Positions 15,001-26,609 are shown, counted from the stretch's first letter. The stretch: 64,000 nt of DNA from an uncultured Gemmataceae bacterium (GCA_963750165.1 CAVVPN010000003.1:1696001-1760000), one strand, 5' to 3'. Numbers and translations are program-made. Notes: generated by a model from the letters alone, not told the origin.

Positions 15001-18000
15001 GTCTGGGTGATGGTCGCGGTGTTGTTGGTTTCGCCGGTGCCGCCGGGGTTGTACTCGAAGATGGCGTTGGCCGAATCGACGGTCACGGTGAACTGAATCG
15101 AGCCGACGCCGGCCGCGCCGTCGGGCAGCGTCACCTGCGCCGACTGGGCGAAGGACTGGCCCGCGCCGAGCGGGCCGTGGCCGGACGCCGAGCCGTCGTA
15201 GGGGACGTTGACGGTGGCCAGCGTCTGGCTGCCGTTCTTGACCACGAGCGTGTCGGTCCAGGAGTTGGACGTGGCGGCGGTGCCGGTGTTGCTGTCGTTC
15301 CATTGCACCGTCACCGTCTGGCCGGACTGCAGCGTGCCGGACGGGTTCAGTTGCAGGCCGGTCGGCTGCAGGTCCGGGTAGGTCGCCAGGGTCGAGGTGA
15401 CGGTGGTGCTGGCCGTGTTGTTCGTCTCCCCCGTGCCGCCCGAGTTGTACTCGAAAATCGCGTTGGTGCTGTCGGTCGTGACGGTCACCTGAATCTGGCC
15501 GACGCCGGCCGTGCCGTTCGGCAACGGGTAGGAGAACTGCTGGTCCTGGGCGGCGCCGCGGCAATCGGCCCGCTGGCCGCGGCGTTGTACAACAGGTTCG
15601 TCGAGGTCAGCACCTGGTTGGTGGTCAGGTTCTTGACGGTGACGTTGTCGTCAAACGACGCATTGACCGCCCCGTTGCCGGTGTTGGCGTCGCTCCACGA
15701 CACCATCAAGGTGGTGCCGGACTGTACGCCGCTGGCCGGCTGCACGGCCAGGTTGGTGACCTGCAAATCCGGGTACGGCGCCAGCGTCGAGGTCGTCGTC
15801 AGGGTGGCGCTGTTGTTGGTCGAGGCGGTGCCAGCGGTGTTGGCTTCCTGGAAGGCCACGGTGCTGTTGGTGGTGACGGTGACCTGCAGCTGGCCGACCC
15901 CGGCCGTGCCGTTCGGCAGCGTGAACTGATACGAGCGGGCACGTTGTTGGCCGGGCTGGATGGCGCCGTTGCCGTTCTGGGTGGGGTCGTAGTAAACCTG
16001 CTGATTCACCAGCGTCTGGCTGGTCGTCTGGTTCACCACGGTGACGTTGTCGTAGAAACCGGCCGGCGTCGGGATGTTGCCGGTGACGGTGTCGTTCCAG
16101 TTGATCGTGACGGTGTTGCCCGACTGCAAGCCGGTCGCGGGCGTCACCGCCAGGTTGACCACCTGCAGGTCGAGCAGGTTGGTGCCGAGGTTGGTGACCG
16201 AGACGCTCGGCGGCGTCAGCTGGCTGTAGGCGGGGTCGCCGCTGACGGCGGCCGTGGCGTTGATCGTGTAGGCGATGTTGCCGTCCACGCGCTGATCGTT
16301 GGCCCCGGTGACGGTGACCGTCTGCGGCACGTTCCAGTTCGCCGGGGTGAAGGTCAGGCTGGCCGGGGACACGGTGCCCGCGCTGGTGTTGCTGCTCGTC
16401 AGGCTGAAGCTGACGTTGGCTTGCGGCAGAGAGGTCAGGGCCACGGTGAAGGTGGCGGTGCCGCCGGCCTGGCTGGTCTGCAGCCCCGTCGTCGGCGTGA
16501 CCGCGAAGCCCGCGAACACGGTGCCGAGGTTGGTGACGTTCACGTCGCTGGGATCGAAGCCGTTGTAGAGCGGGTCGGCGGAGACCGCCGGGGCCGTGAC
16601 GATGGTGTAGGCCACGTTGCCGTGGGCGATGTTGTCGTTGACGCCCGTGATGGTGACCGTCTGTGGCACATTCCAGTTCGCCGGCGTGAAGACCAGTTGC
16701 GACACCGACACGATCCCGGCGCTGGTGTTGCTGCTGGACAGGCCGATGGTGACGTTGGCGGCGGGCTGGCTGTCGAGGTAGACCGAGAAGGTGGCGGTGC
16801 CGCCGGCCTGGCTGGTCTGCAGGCCGGTGGTCGGCGTGACCTCGATGCCCGGCCGCTCGCTGACCAGGGTGAAGCCGGCCGGGGCATAGTTGGGCACCAG
16901 GGTTACCTGGCTACTCGTCAGCCCGTTGGTGGCGCCGAACTGGCCCGAGAGGCTGGTGTCGGTCACAACCGGGAAGGTGTTGCCGTTGGCGGGCGTGAAG
17001 CCGTTGATCTCATCGACGTTCAGGATGCCGCCCAGCGTGGCGGTGCCGTTGACGTTGAGCTGGTCGAACAGACTGCCGGCGGTGAGGCCGCCGAGGTCGA
17101 TGTTGAGGCTGCCGGCGGCGGTCTGCGTGTAGTTGCCGTTGACCAGCAGGGCGCCGGCCCCGGTGCCGCCCGGGCTGAGCGTGGCGGCGTTGGTCAGGTC
17201 GGCGTTGACCGTCCCGGTACCGGACAGAGTGCCGCCCTGCAGGGACACGGCGGCGTGGGTGACACTGACCCAGGACGCGCCGTTGACGGTGCCGTTGAGG
17301 TGGTTCGCCGTCCTGTCGTTGATGACCGTACCGGACCCCTCGTCCATCGGGTAGTAGGCGAGCAGGCCGGTTTCGCTGCCGGTCAGCGTGGAGTTGAGGC
17401 TGGCGGCAATTTCGGTGGCGCTCAGGGCGCGGTTGTAGACGCGCACGTCGTCGAGGCGGCCGCCGTAGTAGCCGTCGCTCGACCAGTTGCTGTGGCCGAG
17501 GTAGTTCAGGGTGCGGTTCACGTTGCGCGGCACCGCCGAGTAGCCTTCACCGATGGCCACGCCGTTCTTGTACAGAGTCACCAGCCCCGAGGGCTGCAGG
17601 ACCACCGCGAAGTGCTGCCAGGTGTTGAGTTGAATGGCGTTCGGAGCGTAGATCAGGGCGCCGGCGGTCGTGCCGTTGTACGACTGGAAGACGAGGTCGT
17701 TGGAGGTGCCCGACCGGGCCAGCAACAGGTTGTCGCTGCCCGCGCCGTTGCCGAAGTCGAAGAACCGCTGGTAACTGGCGACCGAGGTGGGGTACGCCCA
17801 CACCTCGAAGGTCAGTCCATTGCTGAAGTTGCTGAAGCCGGTGGCTGGCAACTGGACATAATTGTTGCTGCCGTTGAACGACAGCGCGGCGCCGATAGTC
17901 GGGTTCGGGCTGCCCAGGGCGGCGTTCGGCCCGGTCAGGCCGGCCAGGGTGACGGCGGTCCAGGTCGGCTCATTGGCCGGGACGCCGCCGCCGAGCGTGC

Positions 18001-21000
18001 CGTTGTTGCCGTTGGCCGTCAGGTCGTAGGCGGTGATGCCGCTGCCCTCGTCCAGCGGCAGGTACGCGGCCAGGTTGGCCTCACTGCCGGTGAGCGTCTG
18101 GCTCATGTCGGACTGGATCTGCGCCTGCGTCCGGGCGACGTTGTACAGGCGGAAATCGTCGAGGCTGCCGGGCAGGAAGTAGCGGATCGGCCCGCTGTCG
18201 ATGTCGGCGCCGAGCAGCAGCGGGTGGTTGTCGTAGACGATGGAGGACGCGGTCGTGCCGGTGGCGACCACGTTGCCGTTGATGTACAGCACCATCGTGT
18301 TGGACGGGTCGTCGAAGGTGAAGGCGACGTGATACCACGTGTTCAGCGTCGGGGACCAGCCGACGCTGATCTGGGACTGGCCGGAGGTGTCGGCGATGCC
18401 GCCGTACAGGGCGCCGCCATTGATCCAGACCGCGTAGGAGTCGAGGAACGAACTGCCCAGAGCCCGGCCGAACAGCGACAGCACGCCCGAGGGGTACTGC
18501 GAAAAATTGACCCAGCCCTCCAGGGTGAGGTTGGTCGGCCGCAGCGAGGCGGCGTCGGGGATGGTGACGTAGTCACTGGTGCCGTTGAAGGTCAGGGCGT
18601 TGCCGACGGGCGGGTGCTGGACGGGCAGTGTGCCGGCCTGGAGCTGGGTGGTGCCGCCGGTCTGCGTGTAGGTGCCGCCCAGGCCGAGGGTGCTGCCGCC
18701 GCCGACCGTCACGTTGCCGGCGTTGGTGAAGGCACCGGGGGTGTAGGTGCGGCCGTTCTGGACGGTGAGGCTGCCGCCGGCGGCGTTGGTGGTCAGGCCG
18801 GCCAGGGCGTCGGTGGTGGCGGTGTCGCGGTAGAAGTTCGAGCCGCTGCCGTCCAGGAGGATGCTGGCCGCGTTGGTGGTGATCGGCGTCGAGAGGATGA
18901 CGCGCAGGGTGCTGCCCGCGTGGACTTGCCAGTTGCCGCCGGTGAGGGTGCCGCCGCTGAAGTTGGTCACCGTGGTCGGCTCGACGTACAGGGTGCCGCC
19001 GCCGCCGGCCTGGAAGGTGCCCTGGTTGCTGGCGCTGGCGCCGGTGATGTACGTGGTGCCGGGGCTGTCGGGGCCGATGGTGCCCTGGTTGATGACGACG
19101 ACGTTACTGGGGCCGCCCCAGTAGCTGGAGTAGCCGACGGTGCCGCCGAAGCCGTGGACCGTGATGCCCGCGGCGATGGTGAGCTGGCCGGCGTTGCTCG
19201 TCGGCCGCAGGTTGTTGCGGCTGTCGTCGTTGGCGAAGTAGACGGCGCCGGTGCCGGCCAGCGTGGCCGGGGTGCTGTTGAAGTCGAGGCGGGCGCCGCC
19301 GGTCAGGTTGACGGCGGCGTTGGTGAGGGTGAGGTCGCCGGTGATGCCGGCGTAAGTGCTGTAGCCGTTCAGGTCGAAGACCAGCGGCTGGTTCTGGCTG
19401 GGGTCGCCCTGCAGGGTGACGCCGTTGAGGACGCCGCCGGACGTGGTGCCGACCAGCTTCGAGCCGCTCAGGCCGAGCACGGTGCCGCCGGTGATGGTGC
19501 CGCCGAGCAGCACCCAGTTGCCGCTGTTCGCGTCCAGTTGCAGGGTGGTGCCGGTGTTCACCAGGGTGCCCGTCAGGTTGACCGTGCCGCCGCTGCGCGT
19601 GAAGCTGCCCAGCTGCGCCAGCGTGAAGGGGCCGCCCCCCAGGTTTACGGTCGAGTTGGTCGAGGTGATGGTGCCGGCGTTGGTCCAGGTGTTGGCCAGG
19701 GTGAGGGTGCCGCCGTTGAGGCTGATCTGGCCGGCCGCGGCGTTGCTGCCGCCGGTGCCGCTCAGCGACAGGGTGCCGCTGTTCGCGGCCTGGAAGCTGC
19801 CCTGGTTGGTCCAGGCGGGGGAGGTGGTGCCGCCGCCGACGTAGACGGTGCCGCCGGCGTCGGCGGCGATGGTGCCCTGGTTGACGACGGCGACGGCGGT
19901 CGAGCCCTGCCAGTAGCCGCTGTAGCCGACCACGCCGCCGTTGCCATGCACCAGGACGTTCGGGCCGATGGTCAGGGTGTGGCCGTCGGTCGAGAACAGG
20001 CCGTTGCGGGTGTCGCCGTCGGCGAACAGGACCGTGCCGCTGCCGCCCAGCGTCTGGTTGGACCCCAGGAAGTTCAGGTAGGCGGCGGCGCGCAGGTCAA
20101 TCTGGGCGTTGCTCAGGGTCAGGCCGCCGTTGATGGTGACGCCGGCGTTGTAGCCGGTCATGTCCAGGGCCAGCACCGGCTGGCTGGCGTTGCTGGGGTC
20201 CAGCAACGTCACCCCCGCCAACGTATTGTTGTAGTCGCTGCTGGTGACGATCAGGCGCGAGCCGCCCGCGACGCTGACGGTGCCGCCGGTGATGGTGCCG
20301 CCGGCCAGCACCCAGTTGCCGGTGGCGGCGGTCAGCGCCAGCGTCGTGCCGGTGTTGGTCAGGGTGCCGTCGAGGTTGACGGTGCCGCCGCTGCGGGTGA
20401 AGCTGCCGAGCTGCGCCAGCGTGAAAGTGCCGCCCAGGTTGGTGGTGGCGTTCGTCGAGGTGATGGCGCCGGTGTTCACCCAGCTGCCGCTCAGGCTGAG
20501 GGTGCCGCCGGTCTCGCTGATGGGCCCGGCGTTGGCCCAGGAGCCGGAGAGGTTGACGGAGCCGCCGTTGGCGGTGATGGCCTGGCCGGTGGGGTTGCTG
20601 CCGCCGGTGCCGTTCGGCAACAGCGTGCCGCCGTTGGCAGCCGTCAGCGTGCCCTGGTTGAGCCAGGCGTTGGCGCTGCCGCCGCCGACGTAGACGGAGC
20701 CGCCAGCGTCGGCGCTGATCGTGCCCTGGTTGACGACGGTCACGGCGGTCGAGCCCTGCCAGTAGCCGGAGTAGCCGACCACGCCGCCGTTGCCGTGCAC
20801 CAGGATGCCACTGCCGATGGTCAGGGTGTGGCCGTCGGAGGACAGCAGGCCGTTGCGCGTGTCGCCGTCCGCGAACAGCACGGCGCCGCTGCCCGTGAGC
20901 GACTGATTGGCCCCGAGGAAGTTCAGGTAGGCGGCGGCGCGCAGGTCCACCTGGGTGTTGCTGAGAGTGAGGTTGCCGGTGATGGTGACGCCGGCGTTGT

Positions 21001-24000
21001 AGCCGGTCATGTCCAGCGCGAGCACCGGCTGGCTGGCGTTGCTGGGGTCCAGCAACGTCACCCCCGCCAACGTATTGTTGTAGTCGCTGCTGGTGACGAT
21101 CAGGCGCGAGCCGCCCGCGACGCTGACGGTGCCGCCGGTGATGGTGCCGCCGGCCAGCACCCAGTTGCCGGTGGCGGCGGTCAGCGCCAGCGTCGTGCCG
21201 GTGTTGGTCAGGGTGCCGTCGAGGTTGACGGTGCCGCCGCTGCGGGTGAAGCTGCCGAGCTGCGCCAGCGTGAAAGTGCCGCCCAGGTTGGTGGTGGCGT
21301 TCGTCGAGGTGATGGCGCCGGTGTTCACCCAGCTGCCGCTCAGGCTGAGGGTGCCGCCGGTCTCGCTGATGGGCCCGGCGTTGGCCCAGGAGCCGGAGAG
21401 GTTGACGGAGCCGCCGTTGGCGGTGATGGCCTGGCCGGTGGGGTTGCTGCCGCCGGTGCCGTTCGGCAACAGCGTGCCGCCGTTGGCAGCCGTCAGCGTG
21501 CCCTGGTTGAGCCAGGCGTTGGCGCTGCCGCCGCCGACGTAGACGGAGCCGCCAGCGTCGGCGCTGATCGTGCCCTGGTTGACGACGGTCACGGCGGTCG
21601 AGCCCTGCCAGTAGCCGGAGTAGCCGACCACGCCGCCGTTGCCGTGCACCAGGATGCCACTGCCGATGGTCAGGGTGTGGCCGTCGGAGGACAGCAGGCC
21701 GTTGCGCGTGTCGCCGTCCGCGAACAGCACGGCGCCGCTGCCCGTGAGCGACTGGTTGGCCCCGAGGAAGTTCAGGTAGGCGGCGGCGCGCAGGTCCACC
21801 TGGGTGTTGCTGAGGGTGAGATTGCCGGTGATGGTGACGCCGGCGTTGTAGCCGGTCATGTCCAGCGCGAGCACCGGCTGGCTGGCGTTGCTGGGGTCCA
21901 GCAGCGTCACCCCCGCCAACGTATTGTTGTAGTCGCTGCTGCTCACCAGCAGGTCGGCGCCGCCGGCGACGCTCACCGTGCCCCCCTGGATGGTGCCGCC
22001 GGCCAGGGTCCAGCTGCCGGTGGCGGCGGTCAGCGCCAGGGTAGTGCCGGTGTTGGTCAGGGTGCCGTCGAGGTTGACGGTGCCGCCGCTGCGCGTGAAG
22101 CTGCCGAGTGTGGCCAGGGTGAAGGTGCCGCCCAGGTTGGTGGTGGCGTTCGTCGAGGTGATGGCGCCGGTGTTCACCCAGCTGCCGCTCAGGCTGAGGG
22201 TGCCGCCGGTCTCGCTGATGGGCCCGGCGTTGGCCCAGGAGCCGGAGAGGTTGACGGAGCCGCCGTTGGCGGTGATGGCCTGGCCGGTGGGGTTGCTGCC
22301 GCCGATGCCGTTGGGCAAGAGGGTGCCGCCGTTGGCGGCCGTCAGCGTGCCCTGGTTGAGCCAGGCGTTGGCGCTGCCGCCGCCGACGTAGACGGAGCCG
22401 CCAGCGTCGGCGCTGATCGTGCCCTGGTTGACGACGGTCACGGCGGTCGAGCCCTGCCAGTAGCCGGAGTAGCCGACCACGCCGCCGTTGCCGTGCACCA
22501 GGATGCCACTGCCGATGGTCAGGGTGTGGCCGTCGGAGGACAGCAGGCCGTTGCGCGTGTCGCCGTCCGCGAACAGCACGGCGCCGCTGCCCGTGAGCGA
22601 CTGGTTGGCCCCGAGGAAGTTCAGGTAGGCGGCGGCGCGCAGGTCCACCTGGGTGTTGCTGAGGGTGAGATTGCCGGTGATGGTGACGCCGGCGTTGTAG
22701 CCGGTCATGTCCAGCGCGAGCACCGGCTGGCTGGCGTTGCTGGGGTCCAGCAGCGTCACCCCCGCCAACGTATTGTTGTAGTCGCTGCTGGTGACGATCA
22801 GGCGCGAGCCGCCCGCGACGCTGACGGTGCCGCCGGTGATGGTGCCGCCGGCCAGCACCCAGTTGCCGGTGGCGGCGGTCAGCGCCAGGGTGGTGCCCGT
22901 GTTCGTCAGCGTGCCCGTCAGGTTGACCGTGCCGCCCGTGCGGTTGAACGTGCCCAGCTGCGCCAGCGTGAAGGTGCCGCCCAGGTTGACCGTGGAACTG
23001 GTCGCGGTGATCGTGCCGGCGTTCGCCCAGGTGTTGGCCAGGCTGAGGGTGCTGGCGCTGCCGGTGATGCTGGCGACGGCGTTGATCTGGCCGGTCGCGG
23101 TGTTGGCGCCGCCGGTCCCGCTCAGCGACAGGCCGCTGCCGCTCACCGCCTGCAGGGTGCCCGCGTTCGACCAGGCGGTGATGCCGCTGGCGGTGCCGCC
23201 GCCGACGTAGACGGTGCCGCCGCCGTCGGCGGCGATGGTGCCCTGGTTGACCACGGCCACGGCGGTCGAGCCCTGCCAGTAGCCGCTGTAGCCGACCACG
23301 CCGCCGTTGCCGTGCACCAGGATGCCGCTACCGATGGTCAGCGTGTGCCCGTCGGTCGAGAGCAGGGCGTTGCGGTTGTCGCCGTCGCCGAACAGGACCG
23401 TGCCGGTGCCGGCCAGGGTCTGGTTGGACCCCAGGAAATTCAGGTAGGCCGCAGCTTTCAGTGTTGCCAGGCCGTTCAGCGTCAACCCGGCGTTGACGTT
23501 GATGCCGGCGTTGTAGCCAGTCAGATTGAGGTTGCCGTCCAGCGTCACGCCGTTCAGCGTCGATACCGTGCCACTGCCCTCGGTCAGGGTGGTGCCGGAC
23601 TGCACGGTGGCCGCGGCGAGGGTGCCGCCGGCCAGCGTAAACGTGGCACTCGACTGCAGCGTGGTGGTGACGTTGAGGGTGCCGTTCGACAGCGTGATCG
23701 CCGTGCCCGAGGTCAGACTGTGGATCGTGTCCGTGACGTTTTGCGTATGCGTAATGGTCGCGCCGGCGAGGGTGCCGATCGTCACATCATCACCGGACCC
23801 CGGCACGCGGTGAGCGCCGAGGTTGTCCGTCCAGTTCGCGGCCGTGTCCCAGTCGCCGCCGCCCACGGCGGTCCAGTTGACGTTCGCGGGCGCGATCCGG
23901 TCTTCCAGCAACTCCAGCCGGAGACGACGCGCTCCCCAGGGCCCACGCCGTTCGGGCCGAAACCTCCGGGCGCGAGCGTTCGCTCTGGGCAGAGATGAAG

Positions 24001-24016
24001 ATCCCGAACGTGTCAT
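1..24016 (-). CDS. Giant secreted/surface multidomain adhesin-like protein (beta-helix repeats, 2x LamG, Calx-beta-like, ~17 CARDB-like, Ig/cadherin-like He_PIG-type repeats, RHS/YD-like, dockerin-like); 3' end outside window; 1-bp frameshift at ~15558
   Basis: ATG at 24016 preceded by GAGG; N-terminal RRLRLELLEDRIAPA planctomycete export motif; ORF 15485..24136 gives the N-terminal part; after ~15558 the same repeat text (GAAQDQQFSYPLPNGTAGVGQIQVTV..., repeated (Y)PDLxV units, NQPP Ig units) continues in another frame, apparently to position 1 (spot-checked, not read codon by codon). Confidence 0.88.
19540..23530 (-). repeat. Intragenic 849-bp (283-aa) near-identical tandem repeat, 3 full units plus diverged flanking partial units
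   Basis: TAGCCGGTCATGTCCAG recurs at 20151, 21000, 21849 and 22698; protein repeats LALDMTGYNAGVTI...GYSGYWQGSTAV. Confidence 0.93.
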
Positions 24017-24357
24017 GATAAACCTCAGAGAAAAGGGGCAATAATGCAGGAGAGGGGACCGAAATAGGTTCCCCATCCGACAGTCACGAGTCTTTGCGCG
24101 ATAGCAGGGAGTAAGTGCTGGAGTCGTCAGTCGCACTCAGGGCTCTTGTATACCTCGTACACAGGTGGAAGTCGAAAGTTATCTTGAAAAAAATGCGCAC
24201 CCGGTTCTGACCGCCGCGCTCGCGCACCCTGGCGTCGTGGCGGAGCAGGTCGTCCCCTGCCCCGGCGTCCCGACGAAACCCCCCTGAAGAATTCCAGGAA
24301 ATCCTGCGGGAATTGACGGAAGGTGCATGACCCGGCTTAGAGCGTTCGGAAGCAAAG

Positions 24358-24518
24358 AACCACGGATCGCGCGGATAACACGGGAGCACGTTGCGCCCGG
24401 GGGTAGCGGAAGTCGCCAGACTTCCGTGCGACGCTGCGCGGAAGTCTGGCGACTTCCGCTACACCCCAACGCCGCGCGCGCTAACCATTTTCTGTCGTGA
24501 TCCGTGTGATCCGTGGTT
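24358..24518. repeat. 9-nt-periodic inverted repeat element with a nested REP pair
   Basis: AACCACGGATCGCGCGGATAACACGG (24358) versus CCGTGTGATCCGTGGTT (24502-24518). Confidence 0.6.
24403..24462. repeat. GTAG-type REP doublet (REPIN-like), copy 1
   Basis: GTAGCGGAAGTCGCCAGACTTCC ... GGAAGTCTGGCGACTTCCGCTAC; same arms at 37327-37382. Confidence 0.85.
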
Positions 24519-24545
24519 CATGCTTTCCGCACGCTCTTACTCGAT

Positions 24546-24788
24546 GTGGCTTGGTCTCCTGACCAAGCCACCCGGTCCGACCCTCGATGTGGCTTGGTCT
24601 CCTGACCAAGCCACCCGGTCCGGCCCCTCGTTGTGGCTTGGTCTCCTGACCAAGCCACCCGGCCCGACCGAAGGTCTCCTCCGGGTGGAAGCAGAGGAGA
24701 CCTTCGGTCGGGGGCCGTGGAACGGTCAGGAGACCGTTCCACAACGTTGGAGACCGTTCCACAACGTTGGAGACTGTTCCACAACGTT
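24546..24788. repeat. GTGG-type REP cluster: 3 tandem palindromes, a hairpin, an inverted variant and 3 x 20-nt tandem repeats
   Basis: GTGGCTTGGTCTCCTGACCAAGCCAC at 24546, 24589 and 24633; GTGGAACGGTCAGGAGACCGTTCCAC at 24717; GGAGAC(C/T)GTTCCACAACGTT x3. Confidence 0.85.
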
Positions 24789-24810
24789 GTGTGTCTGCCC
24801 ACTTTCCCGG

Positions 24811-24895
24811 TCTCGACGTGTGAAAAAGTTGGCCCCCTTGGCCTCCTTGGCCCCCTTGCTGTGGCAATGCAGGCCGCTGGAGGTCAGCCCGTGCC
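24811..24895 (+). repeat. Dispersed ~85-bp repeat with internal 9-nt period, copy 1
   Basis: TCTCGACGTGTGAAAAAGTTGG(CCCCCTTGG)n...CTTGCTGTGGCA; two further copies at ~45679-45873. Confidence 0.85.
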
Positions 24896-25017
24896 TGCTA
24901 CCCTACCACCCGTGCGCGAATCGCGCGGGAACCGCAGCCTCTTGCCCCCATCCCGCCAGCGGGCGACAATCACTCCGACCAGGCCAACTGTATCCCCGAG
25001 GTTCGGAGGTTCCCGCC

Positions 25018-26010
25018 ATGCGCTGCTTCGGATGTGCGCTGTTCTGGATGTCGTTGTTGTGCTCGCGCGTCACGGCCGGCGAACCAATCTTCGAGCCCGG
25101 GGCCAAGCTGAAGGTGGAAGCCGCGAAGGGCTCCGGCGGCGAGGGCCCGGCGTGGGATCCGAAGCTGGGCGTGCTGACCAGCGGCAACGGCCACACCTAC
25201 CGCCTCGACCGCGACGGCAAATCGACCATTTTCCGCAAGAACTCGGGCACCAACGGCCTGCTCTTCGACCGGCAGGGCCGGCTGCTGGCCTGCGCGGCAG
25301 AGGCGCGGCGCGTCACGCGCACCGACCCGGACGGCAAGGTCACCGTGCTCACCGACCGCTACCAGGGCAAGCGCTACAACCAGCCCAACGACCTGACCGT
25401 GGACTCGAAAGGCCGCATTTACTTCTCCGATCCGCGCTACGGCAGTCGGGACGGCATGGAAATCCGCGACGCCAGGGGGCAGACCATCGAGGGCGTCTAC
25501 CGTATCGACCTGGATGGCAGCGTGACGCGCGTCCTGGGCCGCGAGGTGGATCGGCCCAACGGCGTGCTGGTGTCGGCCGACGACCGTTACCTGTTCGTCG
25601 CCGACAACAATAACAACACGAAGGGCGGTGCTCGCAAGCTGTGGCGCTTCGACCTGCGCAAGGACGGCAGCGTGGACGTGACCAGCCGCAAGTTGCTTTA
25701 CGACTGGGGGGAGGGCCGCGGCCCGGACGGCATCAAGCAGGACCAGAAGGGCCGGCTCTACGTCGCCGGCGGTCTGAACAAACCGAACCCGCCGTTCGAG
25801 CCGGCGAAGGACAAAAAGGGGGGTATATACGTCCTCAGCCCGGAAGGCAAGTTGCTGGACTTCCTACCGGTGCCGACGGACGAGGTGACGAACTGCGCGT
25901 TCGGCGGCGACGACCTGCGGACGCTGTACGTGACAGGCGGCGGCACGCTGTACAGCATCCGCACCACAGCGCCGGGCCGTGTCGTGTGGCCGAAGGTCAA
26001 ACCAGAGTAG
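25018..26010 (+). CDS. SMP-30/gluconolactonase/LRE family protein, secreted
   Basis: GEGPAW, NGLLFD, YNQPNDL, PNGV, PDGI, TNCAFGG motifs; signal-peptide-like N-terminus; GGAGG upstream of ATG 25018. Confidence 0.92.
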   Translation: MRCFGCALFWMSLLCSRVTAGEPIFEPGAKLKVEAAKGSGGEGPAWDPKLGVLTSGNGHTYRLDRDGKSTIFRKNSGTNGLLFDRQGRLLACAAEARRVTRTDPDGKVTVLTDRYQGKRYNQPNDLTVDSKGRIYFSDPRYGSRDGMEIRDARGQTIEGVYRIDLDGSVTRVLGREVDRPNGVLVSADDRYLFVADNNNNTKGGARKLWRFDLRKDGSVDVTSRKLLYDWGEGRGPDGIKQDQKGRLYVAGGLNKPNPPFEPAKDKKGGIYVLSPEGKLLDFLPVPTDEVTNCAFGGDDLRTLYVTGGGTLYSIRTTAPGRVVWPKVKPE

Positions 26011-26159
26011 TCCCAGGACCTCGGAGAAAAAGGGGACATTCAAGATTATTTTGGCCGAATCAGTCGTTGCACGTGACTGGCCAACTGAGGTTAGTAGCAT
26101 ACGCCCAGGTCACTCGGCCCGCACGTGAACTGGGCTTGTCCGGACAGGAAATAAAGCGC

Positions 26160-26185
26160 CCCTTCCGGATCGCCAACCGGAAGGG
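26160..26185. terminator. Possible intrinsic terminator hairpin between convergent genes
   Basis: CCCTTCCGG-N8-CCGGAAGGG with short A/T-rich flanks on both sides. Confidence 0.45.
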
Positions 26186-26272
26186 ACATTTCGTATCAGG
26201 TTGCTGACTATCCCGGATGGGGAGTCGGAGCCCGAGCGCCAGCGCGGGACAGCGCTGCCCCTCACGCGCGCA

Positions 26273-26343
26273 GATTACTCCGTCTCGGGCGGCTCGGGGA
26301 TGCGGAACTCCGCGGTACCGCTCACGTCCACCGTCAGCGGGCT
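26273..26343 (-). repeat. 71-bp direct repeat of the histidine kinase 3' end (other copy 26857-26927)
   Basis: GATTACTCCGTCTCGGGCGGCTCGGGGATGCGGAACTCCGCGGT... at both sites, 3 mismatches. Confidence 0.93.
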
Positions 26344-26351
26344 TTTCATCA

Positions 26352-26609
26352 TCACGGGCCAACTCGCCAGACCTTCAACACCCGGACCAGGCAATCGTCT
26401 TCAAGCACCTCGTAATCCACCGCCAGGGGCGGGACGAATAAAACTCGCAAGTTATCGGTGCGCGATTCGCCAACCCCCAGTGGATCCCGCTTGAGCAGCG
26501 CATCAATCGTATTCGCCGCACGGGTGACCGCGGCGCGGTCAGGGGCGTTGTTCCACAGGTCAGCCAGCGTCGCTTCCGCGGTGGGCTGCCAAACCACCGT
26601 GAGGTTCAT
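26352..26609 (-). CDS. Type II toxin, RelE/ParE-like
   Basis: 85 aa; N-terminal TVVWQPTAEATLADLW and C-terminal VDYEVLEDDCLVRVLKVW pattern of the RelE/ParE fold; ATGA overlap with upstream gene. Confidence 0.75.
   Translation of the reverse strand: MNLTVVWQPTAEATLADLWNNAPDRAAVTRAANTIDALLKRDPLGVGESRTDNLRVLFVPPLAVDYEVLEDDCLVRVLKVWRVGP

Noticed and set aside
78..23998. Very long plus-strand ORFs (78..3128, 5466..9626, 15944..23998 and others)
   Set aside because: Antisense shadows of the GC-rich minus-strand giant gene; no motifs, and rich in Val/Gly/Arg/Ala as expected for such shadows
24546..24660. Three 26-nt palindromic repeats resembling a mini CRISPR array
   Set aside because: Spacers are only ~17-18 nt and nearly identical, there are no cas genes, and an inverted variant follows; this fits a REP cluster
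24391..25017. N-terminal extension of the gluconolactonase ORF
   Set aside because: It is translated repeat DNA; the real start with RBS and signal peptide is at 25018
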